A stretch of DNA of 64,000 nucleotides, taken from positions 1,798,001-1,862,000 of the forward strand of contig OX337228.1 in assembly GCA_946965045.2 (NCBI GenBank). Reading direction: 5' to 3'. Below, piece by piece: positions 1 through 12,300 of this stretch. The position numbers and the translations under genes are program-made. The stretch's first letter is position 1. Each line of letters opens with the position of its first letter. Under the pieces are notes generated by a model. It searched no databases and was not told the origin of the DNA. It saw only the letters and a list, made by a program, of their open reading frames with translations. This stretch comes from Epithemia pelagica (taxonomy: Eukaryota > Protista > Bacillariophyta).

Positions 1-479
1 TCTAGAACTCTAGGAGGACCTCGCACTACAGAGCACCTATATATAAAGCGATAGGAATGCGACTCAATGAGGGAGAATTTCTCGAGACACGCATTCCCAA
101 AGATTCCCATTCTCTACATTGAAGAATCTGTGTGTGTCACACACGCAACGTTCTCGTAGAACATCACGCACATCACTGCGTTCTCCTTCACATCATTCTC
201 GTCTCTCTTGTCAATTCGGCAACGACGACAATCAAGTCACAACCTTGGTAGTCTTTCCAACAAGCCACTCTTTCTATCAATCAATCCAACAAGTTTGCCC
301 CTCGACACTTTTCTCCAGAGGCCATTCCTTTTTTCCACTACAAACAAACGAACACGAGCCCATTCTTCCCAACATCGTGCCTCTTCTTGTCGACAATAAT
401 TCCCAGACGTGTCGTGTCGATTTCATCCCTCATTGTCCACAGAGCAGTCAATCATCTTGGCATCTTTATCCCTACTATC

Positions 480-2457
480 ATGGTTCCCGCCCTTACTTTA
501 CCACCAGCCAAATCCACGACCACCGGTTCCACTACAACGACGACAATAACAGCAACAAACGGCACAAGCAGCAAAAGTGGCATGAAGCGCGATGCCGGTG
601 AATCCATTTCAGGATTGTCCCCCGTCTTGGGTCCCAAGAAAACCAAGACGGATCATTTGGGTGGGTGAAATGTCCTAGTGTCTTGCAAAATGTGTTTTTT
701 GGTTGTCTCACACGTGTCTCATCATTTGCTGTTCCATGTCGGGTGCGCTTCTCTGTGATGGGTCATTTTGACGGCCAAACAACGGTCGATTGATTCATCT
801 TACTTAATTGCTTACGAACTTGCTTCATTTCGATGGAGGTAGAAGAGGACGGTATCCCCGTTCCTGAAATTAGCAGGTTGGTTCATGTTCGTTTGGTTAT
901 GGTGATGTCTTGTTGTTTTACTGATTGATGCATCTGTGGTCTCACGTTGGTTGTTTGGCGTTTTCCTCTGTTTGCTGATCATGTGTGTCTCTCAGTGGAA
1001 ACAATCACATTGCCTTGACTTCACATCCGGATGCGTTTGGTGTCGATCCTGTGCCGATTTCCTGGGGCCATCCCGATCCCAAAATTCGTGGCCCCGTCAT
1101 TTGTACGGTCCGTCATTCCGCGCAACGCAATGCCATTGGGGCCCATTCCGGATCGTATTGTGTCTATACGGGGCTGGCGGTGGCGGCCAACAAGCTCGAT
1201 CCCGACTATGTACCCAATTTACGATTGACGAGCCCCGTATTTCCCATTGGTCCGCATCCGTCCTGGTCCGATCCTCGCAAAATTGGGACGTTGGATCCCT
1301 TTGGACATTTAACGACCGAATGCTATGGAGAGTGGCTGGAAAAGGGGTGGGATATCCGTCCCACCATTGCCGTGACCAAGGCACACATTGATTTACCAGA
1401 GTGTCGAGAGGCGGTCCAAAAGGGACGCATGGTACCAGATGGCAAAATATTAATGCCGTCGGGACAATCCATTGTCTGTAAGGCGGCCATTGAACCGGTC
1501 TGGTACTTGCCAGAAGTGGCCCGTCGCTTTCAAACCACTGAAACCAATTTGCGCTTTTCCATTTTTCGTATGACCAATGGCATGTATCCGGAACTCATTA
1601 CTCGACCGGATATCAAGGTCTTTCTGCCTCCGATTGGTGGTTTGACCATTTATATTTGGGGCGATCCCGATACCATCCCCGACGAAGACATTGAATTGAC
1701 CTGTCGTGTCCACGACGAGTGCAATGGAAGTGATGTGTTTGGGAGTGATATTTGTACCTGTCGACCCTACTTGACGCATGCCATTGAAGAATGCATTGCC
1801 ACGGCGCAACGGGGTGGTTGTGGCATTGTCATTTACTTTCGCAAGGAGGGACGGAGTTTGGGGGAAGTGACCAAGTATCTCGTGTACAATACTCGCAAAC
1901 GACAAAAGGGTGGCGATTCGGCCGATCGGTACTTTTCCTGTACCGAACAAGTCGCGGGGGTTCAAGATACACGATTCCAGGCCCTCATGCCGGATCCCTT
2001 GCACTTTTTAGGTGTCACCAAAATTCATAACTTTATCAGTATGAGTGACATGAAGTACGTGCCTTGTTTGTTCTGTGGTGGGATTGGTTGTTGTTGTTGC
2101 ATCGAGATTGATCCGGGAATACTTGTATGCACCACCTGTTCCATCATGATGTATGCCTCATGTATGTTTCTCTCTCTCTGGCTTGCTTGTTTTGCGTTCT
2201 TGTCGTTTTGCAGATACAATGCCATTGTTTCGACGGGGATCAAGATTGTGAATCGAGTGGAAATTCCGGCCGAATTGGTTCCGGACGATGCCAAGGTGGA
2301 GATTACGGCCAAGGTGTTTCATGGGTACAATGCGGGCAAGGCCTATCAGGGCATTAATGAAGAAGAATTGAAAAAGACCAAGGGTCGGGAATACAATTAC
2401 CAACAACCTGCAGCGTCCGATGAGGAAAAAAAGACTAGAATACTAGGTTTTGCATGA
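480..2457 (+). CDS. URC1: GTP cyclohydrolase II-like protein, URC1/Urg1 family (probably 3 exons)
   Basis: GCH-II zinc motif HDECNGSDVFGSDICTC, YFRKEGRSLGEVTK and GVQDTRFQ, preceded by the long N-terminal domain typical of Urc1/Urg1. Intron 2055-2213 (GTACGT..TTGCAG) restores MK|YN. First exon 480-~664 and acceptor at 995 are inferred. Confidence 0.8.
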
Positions 2458-2729
2458 TCCCTCACACATAGTGCTGAGAGTGCTCCCGCACTGGATACTG
2501 GATATGAAACCGTACTTGATAGAGGTTCCTACTTCCAGCATCGATAGAATATGGTTGCGTGATACGCAGTTGGAAAGAAACTACGTACAAGCCATTAGTA
2601 CCTAGTACAGTTCAAGAAGAAACAAAAGAGTTTCTTCTTCTATGCTTTGTCCTTTCATCACATCTGGAAACTGAGTGGGACCACATGAGGCATCGACAAG
2701 AGGGATTCTAAGGATAGCAGAAGTAGTGC

Positions 2730-3682
2730 TTAATAGTAAAGACCACCAACCCATTCGTTGACAATGTCAATCATGTCCTTGCCTTCAATGGCGGTTGCCA
2801 AGACCAAGGTGGTCAAACCCAACATGGCCAAACGTCCGTTCAAAATTTCGGCCTCTTCGGTCAAACCAAACTTAAGGGCAGGCATGTAACCAAAGCCTTC
2901 CTTGTTGCGTTCCATGGTGGCTTCGTAGTTGGGGTGCGAAGGATCAATCAAGAGCGGGTCGCCAAAGGGAAGGGGGCACAAGGTGGCCATGAGCGACAAG
3001 AAGAAAAAGTGAATATTGGCCACCAAGATAATGGCACGTTCGTTGGTGATGGTGGTCTTGCCAGAAATGATGGCCAAGGTTCCCCATGTCTTGAGGTCCA
3101 AGGTCGTTTCCGGATCAGGAATCAAACCATGGCCCTTGCAGTAGGCAGTGGCGCAGATGAAAAACCACCCGACTGCAGTAACAAAAAGCAAACAACAAGT
3201 ACACAGAAAGCAAACAAAAATTCATTCCATGAGACACACCATGTCATTGCATTCTCACTCTACTACATACGCAACACGTACACATGGCATGGCGTCCATT
3301 CCACTTTTCGGCTTGTACCGAAGGACCCCAGCCCCATTTGGCAAAGGCAGGGAATTGCTTTTCCCAGTCAGCGACGGCATCCTCGTAAATTTGGGGATCC
3401 TTCAATTGCTCACTCTGGATGCTGTCGTCATTTCAATCAGAAGTAGTCAAGACATGGAAAATTGGTAAGAAAGGAGACGAACATTGATACAAGGTACCTC
3501 TGCACAAACGCAAAGTTTAACCATCACAACGACAGCAATGCGAAGGGCTTGATGGCGTCCACATCGACAACTACAGCTACGCACCTTGTGACAGATTTAG
3601 TGGCGGCCGGTTTGACCGGTGTAAAGGCCGAAACGGCACCAAGAGTCAAGAGAAGCAAAGCAATCTTTCGGAGCATCACCAT
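2730..3682 (-). CDS. Three-helix LHC-superfamily protein, RedCAP-like, plastid-targeted (3 exons)
   Basis: Spliced reading gives signal+VSAFTP presequence, AEKWNGRHAMFGW (helix 1), a hydrophobic middle helix and AEILNGRLAMLG (helix 3). Introns AG|GTGCGT..GACAG and T|GTACGT..CTGCAG. Confidence 0.75.
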
Positions 3683-3885
3683 GGTGGAAAATTCTTGTTG
3701 TCTTCGTGCGATGGGTTCGATGTTGGTGGGGTGCTTGACCTTGCCTGTCCGCAAAAGATCGGCGCTGCCAAGTTCAAAGTGACGTGTGATGTTTGAAGTT
3801 GAATTTGAATTTCAAAAAAAGTCTCACTCTTTTTCGTTCCGATAGAGCGTTCATTTTTTCGAACAACGGACAACCTGTTTCGACC

Positions 3886-4761
3886 ATGATGACAACCATT
3901 GCTAGATTCAGTCTGTTTGGATTGTTGCTCCTCAATAGTGTTCTCTTAGAAGTGACGGGATTCGTGGGCCATGAGTTCTGGAGAAAAGCACTAAATAGTC
4001 GTAGAACTGTGGCAGAAATGCAACGGCCATCACCGTCCTTGAAAATGGTGGATTCGTCGTCGCTGCCCATACTCCAAGAGATGCAAACGGCGCTGGAACC
4101 GGCTTGGACGCTGGTTCAGGACCAACCATTGGTGGCTGCAGGTGTGGGAGTTGTGGCTGCGGGAGCTTCCCTGTCCCTCTTGAGTCCATCGTCGTCTCTG
4201 GTGAGTCCACCAACCTTGAATACGATTGTCGAGGGTACCTTTTTGCAAGACAAGCCCTTGGAATGTGTCTATCAAGCCACACGCGATGGCTGGTCGGCCC
4301 TCGATTTCCACGAGGCTGTCGATGAACGAGGATCGGCGGTGGTGGTGGTTCAAACCTTTTTGGGAAACAAAGTCTTTGGAGGGCACAATCCGGCCGGATG
4401 GCGATCCACGGACGATTACGTCTTGAGCAGTGCCGCCTTTTTGTGGTGTCTTGGTAGCAACAACAACAAAGTGGTCAAGTTTCCGATTTTGAACTCGGGC
4501 AATGCTGCCATTTTTGATTATGCGACATCGGGTCCTAATTTTGGATCGGTCGATTTGCAAATTGGACCCCCTCGTGCGGCCATCATGGGTGGCTTTGCCG
4601 GACCGGACATGGAAAATGTGGCGGCCAATGCCGGTGATTTACGACAAGCCAAGGTCACACCCGGATTTGCCTATCAATCCAACAATCAATGGCCAGTACG
4701 AGGCAACTGTCGATTGACTCAAGTGCAAGTGTATTGCGCCGCGCGACCGAATCGGAGATAG
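3886..4761 (+). CDS. TLDc-domain (OXR1-like) protein, probably plastid/ER-targeted
   Basis: CVYQATRDGWSALDFHEAVD..GSAVVVV..VFGGHNPAGW and SGPNFGSVDLQIG match the TLDc pattern. Hydrophobic N-terminal signal. Confidence 0.8.
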   Translation: MMTTIARFSLFGLLLLNSVLLEVTGFVGHEFWRKALNSRRTVAEMQRPSPSLKMVDSSSLPILQEMQTALEPAWTLVQDQPLVAAGVGVVAAGASLSLLSPSSSLVSPPTLNTIVEGTFLQDKPLECVYQATRDGWSALDFHEAVDERGSAVVVVQTFLGNKVFGGHNPAGWRSTDDYVLSSAAFLWCLGSNNNKVVKFPILNSGNAAIFDYATSGPNFGSVDLQIGPPRAAIMGGFAGPDMENVAANAGDLRQAKVTPGFAYQSNNQWPVRGNCRLTQVQVYCAARPNRR

Positions 4762-5573
4762 CGCGCGTGAGGAATGCACCCTCTCTGTGTGCACACTGGT
4801 AGGTTTGATGGATGGATGCTTCATTCATGTCTCGATTCAAGCGCACATTCAATGTTTGATACAAACCTGTTTCGATACAAGAAGAACGGATTACTCAAAC
4901 ACGCCTTTTCCTGGAAGATTTTGAAAACCCAATACGCAGCGCATTCCGGTACTAGAGGTAGCACTAAGACTTGACTGTACATGAAACCACCCTGCCTTTC
5001 TCGGGCTTGTGCTTTCTCGTGGCCGCCGAGCTGACTTTTGTTGAGGCATCTTCCGTTCCATCACCTGTCACATCGCCACTGGTGCCTTCTGGTCCTCCAA
5101 TGTCGGACGGAAACTTCCTTGTTTTGTTCGTCATGTTCCTTGTCGTAGGCTGCTGTCGACAATCATCGCCATCATACCCAGCAGCCGACGGAGGTTGGAT
5201 GATTTGATTGCCCATGGTATACCATTCTTTTGACTGTACGCACCATTTCAGGTGTGTCCCAAGTGAAACATGTCGTAATGTGAGAACAGCAGCAGTTCAT
5301 TCCACTCTTCAAATACACATGTACATGATAACCTTGAGTAGGAAGACGGATGCAGATAAGAGTCGAATAGTAGATGAAGATCCCAAAGGATCAGCTCGAA
5401 CGAACCTACCTACCTACCTACCTAGTTTCCCATTAAGGGCTCCCTTCAAAATTTTGGCCCCAATGAAGACAAGATACCTGGCGCCTGACGGGCACGACAG
5501 AAGACAGAACGCCAGGCGGGAGGAAGATTCGTAAGATTTGCTCGCGGCGCACATTATTTTTCCTGGAACTTCC

Positions 5574-5770
5574 TGATAGAATGCAGTGGGTAACGCAAAC
5601 GGGAAAATTGAAAGATTATAAGATCTTACTGTCTATGAGATCCTCGGACGATGTCAGCCCAACTGACTTTCTTGGTTTGGGTCTTTGGTCGTGTCATTGT
5701 TGCTTCGTGACTGGTTGTGCGACCACGCCGGGCGACTTCGTCCTTGTCCATCACTTTGTCAATTCCAACA
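5574..5770 (-). repeat. 3' LTR of element A
   Basis: Matches 20498-20694 by eye with no mismatch found. Ends TG..CA. Confidence 0.97.
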
Positions 5771-8631
5771 CCCCCCACTCCAGCAAGCTCGGGTACGAGA
5801 ATGTCCCGGAGTTCACGGAAATGACTCACGTCACGATGTTCCTTCGTGAGCAGGTCGGCAGGATTTACGTTGCCGGGTATGTGGTAGACGGCAACTTCGC
5901 GGGCTTGGATGGCATCTCGGATGGCGACTTGGCGCATGTTCAAGTGACGGAGGCGCTTGGTGATAGCCCCTGTACCACTCCAATCAACAGACCCTTTATT
6001 GTCGTTGTATAGTGGAATGGGTTGGTGCGTATCTGCAACACCCAACTCGTTCATAAGGTAAACCAAGTGTTGTGCTTCCTTTGTCGCCAAGTCCATTGAC
6101 TTGATTTCCGCTTCACACGAGCTACGGCTACACCGTTCCTCGCGTTCCACCTTCCACTAAATCGGACCACCACTCCGGATGAGTAGGGCGCCTTGCAAGG
6201 ATTTGCATTCATCGTCACTAACGGTCCTCGTTTCCTCGCCTTCGGGGAGAGGACGGGAGGCGTCTTGGGGTCCCCAGTTTGAATCGGTATAGGTGCTACT
6301 ACCGTCGTGATCGGGAGGTGGGACCTTGTTCGGCCATGAGATGTAACCGTGAATAAGATTGTCTGCTGGGTTTTCCATGAAGGCGATACCGTTTTCGGTG
6401 GTTCCGCGTAAGTACCGAAGAACGTGTTTGGCGGCCTCCATATGACCGGGACTCGGATTTGTGATATGTCGACTGAGGAGTTTATGGGCCACAGCGATAT
6501 CTGGTCTAGTGCTGATGGACAGCCACGTTAGACCCCCCATAAGGGAACGATAAGAGGATGTTAGAGGGTTGTTTTCGGCCGTCGTCGTGGCCGTAGGGAT
6601 GCGATCAATGGGGAGACCAGAACGGTACGGACTGGTGGCTGGTGTACATTCGTCCATATTGAATTTGGTCAGAAGTTGCTCGGTGAAGCCGGGTTGGGAA
6701 ACATGTAGGCAAAGCCCCCCACTGGCGGTACGTGTCCATTGATAGCGGCACCCCAAGAAATAGGTGACCGGTCCCATGAAATCCACGGTGAGGATCTTTC
6801 CAAGGGCGGTCTCGAACCATTTCTCACTCTCAGCCTCGCGACTAAAATAGATAAAGTCATCCACATAGACGCCCACGTAAATAGGAGGCCCATCCTCTCG
6901 CGCCTTACCGACAAGTACACATGGGTCATTTGCGCAGCGTACAAAACCCAGGTCGTTCGTGAGGACTTCAACAAATTTATCGTACCAGTGGCGAGGGCTA
7001 CGGCGAAGCCCGTATAAAGTCTTCTTCAATCGCCAGTATGTGCCAGGTTTGCTGAGCGGGCATCCTTTGGGTGGTTGGCAAATCACTATTTCGTCTTCGG
7101 ATAACTCAGGCTGGCAGAATGCATTCTTGCAATCTCCTTGCTTGGCCACTCGCCCCATTGCCACAGCCATCGATAGCAGCAGCCGACAGCTGGTTGATTG
7201 TAGTACTGGTGCATAACGGTCGGCGTTGGTCCACACTCTTTCCTCGAGATTCCCTAGAACAACGATTCGGCTCTTGGCTCGGTATGGGTTGCCCATTTCA
7301 TCGGGCTTGATAGTAAAAATATTCATCGTCGGTATGGCGGTGAACCCAGCCTCCTTATATCGGGCGTAGGTGGCCGCATCAATCTCATCGAACACATCCA
7401 TTCCACACAAACTCCCATGTTCCTCTCCGTATGCACCTGTCCAAATTCCGTTATCATTCGCACTGAGAGTGGGCAGACTCATCAACGAGGCGGGAGCTTT
7501 CTTACAATCGAGTCCACTGGCCGACACGAATCTTCCAGAGGCCCCCTTCTGTTGGCTCAACGTCCATCCAGGAATCATGGTACCCAACTGTAGCCTTTCA
7601 CGGTAATCTTGTGGCAGGTTGGATAGCGATAACACGAGTCGTTGATTGTTGTCGAGGGCGTCTCGGCTAACAAATTCCCATTCTCCAAACGGGTCGAGAC
7701 GCAGTTCTCCCTGTACATAACCATGTTCGTCCACTTGTATCGTCACCGCTTCACCGTCTCGTAGCCACGATGGTCGTAACGGATCGTTGTCAGATGGCTG
7801 TGCTTCTGTTGTAGGAGCATCAATCGAAGCGGTAGTAGACTCGGCAATTGGACGACCTAGTTTCAGGTCATTGACCCCCCAAACGGAGTCGCTGGAAATC
7901 TCCACAGGGTCGTCGGATGCAGGATCGGTAGGTTTGATCTTATAAGTCGCAGTGGTAGCCGTTGGGACTTGGAGAACGTCGCCTTGGTGTCGTGTATGGG
8001 TACCAGGGGATCGCCAGTAGACTGGGGTTCCTGGCGGGTAAATTGCTTTTGCTTCACTGTCACGAGCCCACAACGAAAGTTGCAGTCCCCCATCGTACAC
8101 CTGGGAAGGGAAAGCATCCTGGACGCTCCGGTCGGAGTCAAGAGAGTAGTCGGACGACACCGAAAAGGCACGGAGATCCGGATTGTAGAAAACAAGGCCA
8201 TTACAGAAGTCACTGCGACCAACGGCAATACCAACAAAACTATGGGCTTCGAAGGACTGGCGAGAACGACGACCATCGGAGGGGCGATGAAAATAACCAA
8301 TCGAACCAAAAGGGAAAAGGACGCGATAGTCGGGTTGGCGAGAATAGAACAATTCAAGCGGAGTGGTCCATGAGGAGGGGGAAGTCTGGACGGGAAGGAG
8401 ATTCATCCGATGGAAAGACTCACGGAGAGCCCAATACCAAAACGAACGGGGAAGCTTGGCTTCCGCAAGAAACGAGCGGGCCATCCGAACACCAGTGCGC
8501 CATGCACGTTCGACCAAACCATTGGATGACTGTCGCCGAGGAGCGGCAGACCGAACCACAATGCGGAGACTCTTGAGAAACCCAGCCATACTCCCACCAA
8601 GGAACCGACTGTCGAAGTCGCACTGAACGGT
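5626..8631 (-). pseudogene. Element A pol, 3' part: integrase C-half, RT, RNase H, with one in-frame TAG at 6157-6159
   Basis: CDFDSRF and SNGLVERAW (IN), KSRIVVLG, LYGLRRSPRHW and VYVDDF (RT), then GGPI*WKV..SSCEAE..NDNKG..NPADLLTK (RH) continuing in the same frame across the TAG. Confidence 0.9.
5771..5781 (-). other. Polypurine tract of element A (GGAGTGGGGGG)
   Basis: Purine run directly 5' of the 3' LTR on the minus strand. Confidence 0.9.
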
Positions 8632-8636
8632 CTTAG

Positions 8637-9394
8637 TGATAAACTTCTCTCGATTCAACAGGGGTTAGACAGATAGGTAGGATAGGTAAAAGGCTCGCTG
8701 AGCCGACAATCGAATCACCAACCGATACAACAATCCTCCACGGGTCAGAGAAGAGTTGCAAGTCGAAGTCCGCCGTGGGTGGGGGCAGTCGGTCCACTGA
8801 TAAGAGGTTAGTCTTAAGATGAGTGTTAAAATGGTGATATTAATGATTGTGAGACGATTACTAACTAAGGTGGTTGATGGTGCTGAAGTCCTGGCTCTTG
8901 CATACGGCCATGGATCTGGTGTGATAGGTCCTCACTGGTTGGAGTAGACCGGCATTGGTGTATATTGAATGTATAGGGTGATGGATAACATGTATGGGAT
9001 GCAACAGCTCTTGCTTTGTCGTGGTATAAGTCTTGTCCTGGGCGCGTTGCTGTTTGCATTCTTGGATTTGTGGGAACAGAGATATGGTCTCGCGTGATCG
9101 TGATTCGTGCTTTGATTACATAGACCGTTAGGTCGAATCGTGGATGCGCGTACTCGGATAGTAGAGGCGCGCACTTGATAGTTTTGGGCGCGCACGTGTT
9201 GGGCCATAGTTAATATCCGAGCGGTCGCTGATAACGCGTGCACTGCGAGCATGCCGTGGCCAAATTTATAGTTTCGCGAGCATGCCGACATTCTTTTCTC
9301 CCTTTTAGGAAAATGTCATCGGATGCCATAAAATACTAGCATCATTCGATGAGTTGTAGGTTTCGCCACCTAGTTTTCGGTGAGAATCCTAACA
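8637..9394 (-). repeat. 3' LTR of element B
   Basis: Direct repeat of 16199-16956. Two substitutions seen (9229, 9239). Confidence 0.97.
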
Positions 9395-12300
9395 CTCCCC
9401 ACAATTCGTCGAATGAGGATTGTCAATTCCCTCATCACTTTCCTGGATTTTTCCTCTCCAGAATAACAAAGATCTGAGCATGGGCCAAACTGCGGCAAAT
9501 TCCCAATGTTTACTGAGGATATCAGCTGGGTTTGTCTTTCCATCTTTCCAGTAGAATGCGACGTACTTTGCAGCGATAGCTTCACGGACTCGGTGATAGG
9601 ATAGGAGATGGTGCCTCTTGGAGATGATTGAGTGTGGTGTGGTGCTATTGATAACGACAGAGCGGTTATCTCCAAACATGTAACTCTTCTCTCGCAGAGG
9701 GACTCCCAAGTATCGGAGTGTAAGGCGTAGCTCCGTGATCTGATCAACTGCAGTCCTTGCGGCAACAAATTCAGATCCATACGTGGCTGTTTCCACTGTG
9801 GCTTGTCGCTTACTGTACCAGTCCACGGGTGTACCATTTACAAAATGCAGGATGGCTGTAACTGCTTTTCCAGTAACAATATCATGCATGAGATTTGCGT
9901 CGACATAATGTATAGTTGTCACAAAACGCCCAAGTGGGGTTGGACAGTCCTCAGGGATACGTTCCTTGGCGTCCATGTATACGGTACGACTCCAATCGTA
10001 TTCTTGGATAGGTAAAGCTGATAAATCTGGCTCCCCAGTGCGGAATCTGATAGACCCATCAGGAAATGACATGAGGTATCCATAGATGCGCTTAGCTCGC
10101 TTCAAATGACCAATCCTTGGAGCAGCTCTGAACCTTGATAGAGTCATGGTAGCAGGAAAGACATCAAAACGGCCAATGGTAATTAGCCATTGCAGTTGTC
10201 CAATAAGAGTCTGGAAATGCTGGGTCCCTTCTTCATCTAAGAGCTCAGAGTCATCGAGTTCAGGATGATTGTTAGCAATGACTGGCGGCTTTGCTTTCTT
10301 GGGTTTCTCATTGAACAATCGTTCATAGGTATCCATCATCTTCTCGATGTACCTTCGTGGGTCAGACACAAGTGTACCGTCTGGATCTTTGGTATAACGA
10401 CACCCCAAATGATACTCGATAGGTCCGAGTCCTTTGAGTTTGAAGTTGTATTTTTCTGTAAAGATCTTGCAGACAGCTTCAGGGTCCATGGCAACGATAG
10501 CTAAGTCATCAACATATACAGCGATATATTCATAACAGTCTTCTCCAGGAGCCTTCTTCATCCAAATATCAGGGTCAGCCTTGCTTGGAGAAAATCCCAT
10601 ATCAATGAGAACATCAAACAGTTTGTCATGCCAGCGAGCACCTGAGGATTTGAGACCATATAATGCCTTGTAGATGATCAAGATATGTCCTTCTAACTCC
10701 TTGAACTCTGGTCCTGCAATGATGAAAATCTTCTCTCCTGTCAATGCTTCTAGGTATGCGTTCCCAATATCTGCTCCCCATATTTCCATGTTGTTCATGG
10801 TTCCAAGAAAAATGGCAATGCGAAGGTTGCGAATGGAGACAACCCCTGAATAGATGGTCTCAACGGGTTCCTTGGTGAGATGTCCATCTGCGACAAGTCG
10901 TGCCTTGTGCCTTCCGTCATGCTTGACATCAAAGACCAGATGTACTCTTATCTTATGATATCCTTCTGGTGCATTGGCCAATTTCCCATTAATGAACTTG
11001 GCTTTTCCATGGTCCTTGAAAGTGTTATACGATTGGATCTGTGAGAGTTCCAATTCTGTTGCGTCTTGCCATTTCGTGTTCCCAAATTGCTTGTCTAGTT
11101 CCACTGCTTCTTCATAGGTGCAAGGTACTTGGAAACCAAACTTGTACTTGATAGAGCGACGAACTTGTTTGATCCTGGATTGTTTAGCTGCTCGAATGAG
11201 TCTTTTGCTTGTCTTGACGTATCGCTTGAGATGTTTCCATCCAGGTAGATCCAGCAAACCATTTTTCTTGGCATAGATGGCGACTGTGATGGGGTCATCA
11301 TTTGCAATAAGAGATAGAGGTTTGTATGTCGTCTCCCCAGTCTCCCAATCAACAAGGACATTATATTTACTCCCTTTATAGTCTGGGTTGCTTGAGTTCA
11401 AAGGTCCTTGGTGTGCAATAACGTCTCTGAATCGGAAGAGACTATCCCCTGTCGTTTGGGCTTGATTATCCCTTTCAATGTATTCCATGAGCTGGTTGTA
11501 GGAGATCATCTCATCAACATTGGAGTTAGACTTGCAAAAGATATATTTGAGTCGATCTTCTTGTTTGGTTGCATCTTGTTCCAGGTCGACAACTCGTTTG
11601 ATTACTCGTGCTCGGTGGCGCTCCCCATTCTCTTCAGTGTCACAAAGGAATGTGCGTCCAACTAAATCGTCGTAGTCAATTGTTGGCATAGGTGTGGATG
11701 GGTCTTCACTTCTGCTGCGAATAAAGACAGTGTCACCTTGCTTGTCAGTGGGTTTATGCGGCGACTCCTCCCCTGAAGAGATATCCACACGAAGGTTGGG
11801 GGTAGTGGAGGCAACGCGACGGACAGCGGAACGGTAGATGATGACGTTGTCGGCAGTGAGGATCTTCCAAGTAAAGGCATCACCAACATTGTGGGCAAAA
11901 CCAACCCAGTGGCCAATCTTCTCGTCGGGAGACGAAGGGTAAGAACCGGAGGTAGGTTCAGAAGGGTCGACACGATAGTAGACCTCATCCCAGAAAGGAA
12001 AGAAAAGGAGATGGGTAATGTCGGGTGGGGTACCGGTAAGAGCCTCAAGAGGGGTGCGGCCAGAGTGGGTGGGAGAGGAAGTGTGATTGAGGAGGTCACA
12101 CACGTATTCTAAACAAAGTAACCATGCAGAAGCAGGGCAACCAGAGGCATTCATGAGAGCGTTGGTCATACGCTTAACGGTCTGGTAGCGGTTCTCAGCT
12201 TTGTTCTGGTGTTGATGATAGGGCTCGGAACGGTATTCACCAATCAGAAGGGTGCGAAGAATATCCTTGACCTTGTGGGAAATAAGTGACGAACCACCAT

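Noticed and set aside
2055-2213. Cys-rich hydrophobic insert in the 490-aa GCH ORF (and a similar insert at 22367-22483 in secA)
   Set aside because: These are 3n, stop-free introns with consensus GT..AG ends. TG-rich, A-poor introns often lack stops, and there is no evidence of functional retention.
4964-5215. Short ORFs on both strands next to element A
   Set aside because: Under 85 aa, low complexity, with no motif or clear splice partners.
8865-9291. ORFs duplicated at 8865-9291 and 16427-16853
   Set aside because: They are incidental frames inside element B's LTR copies.
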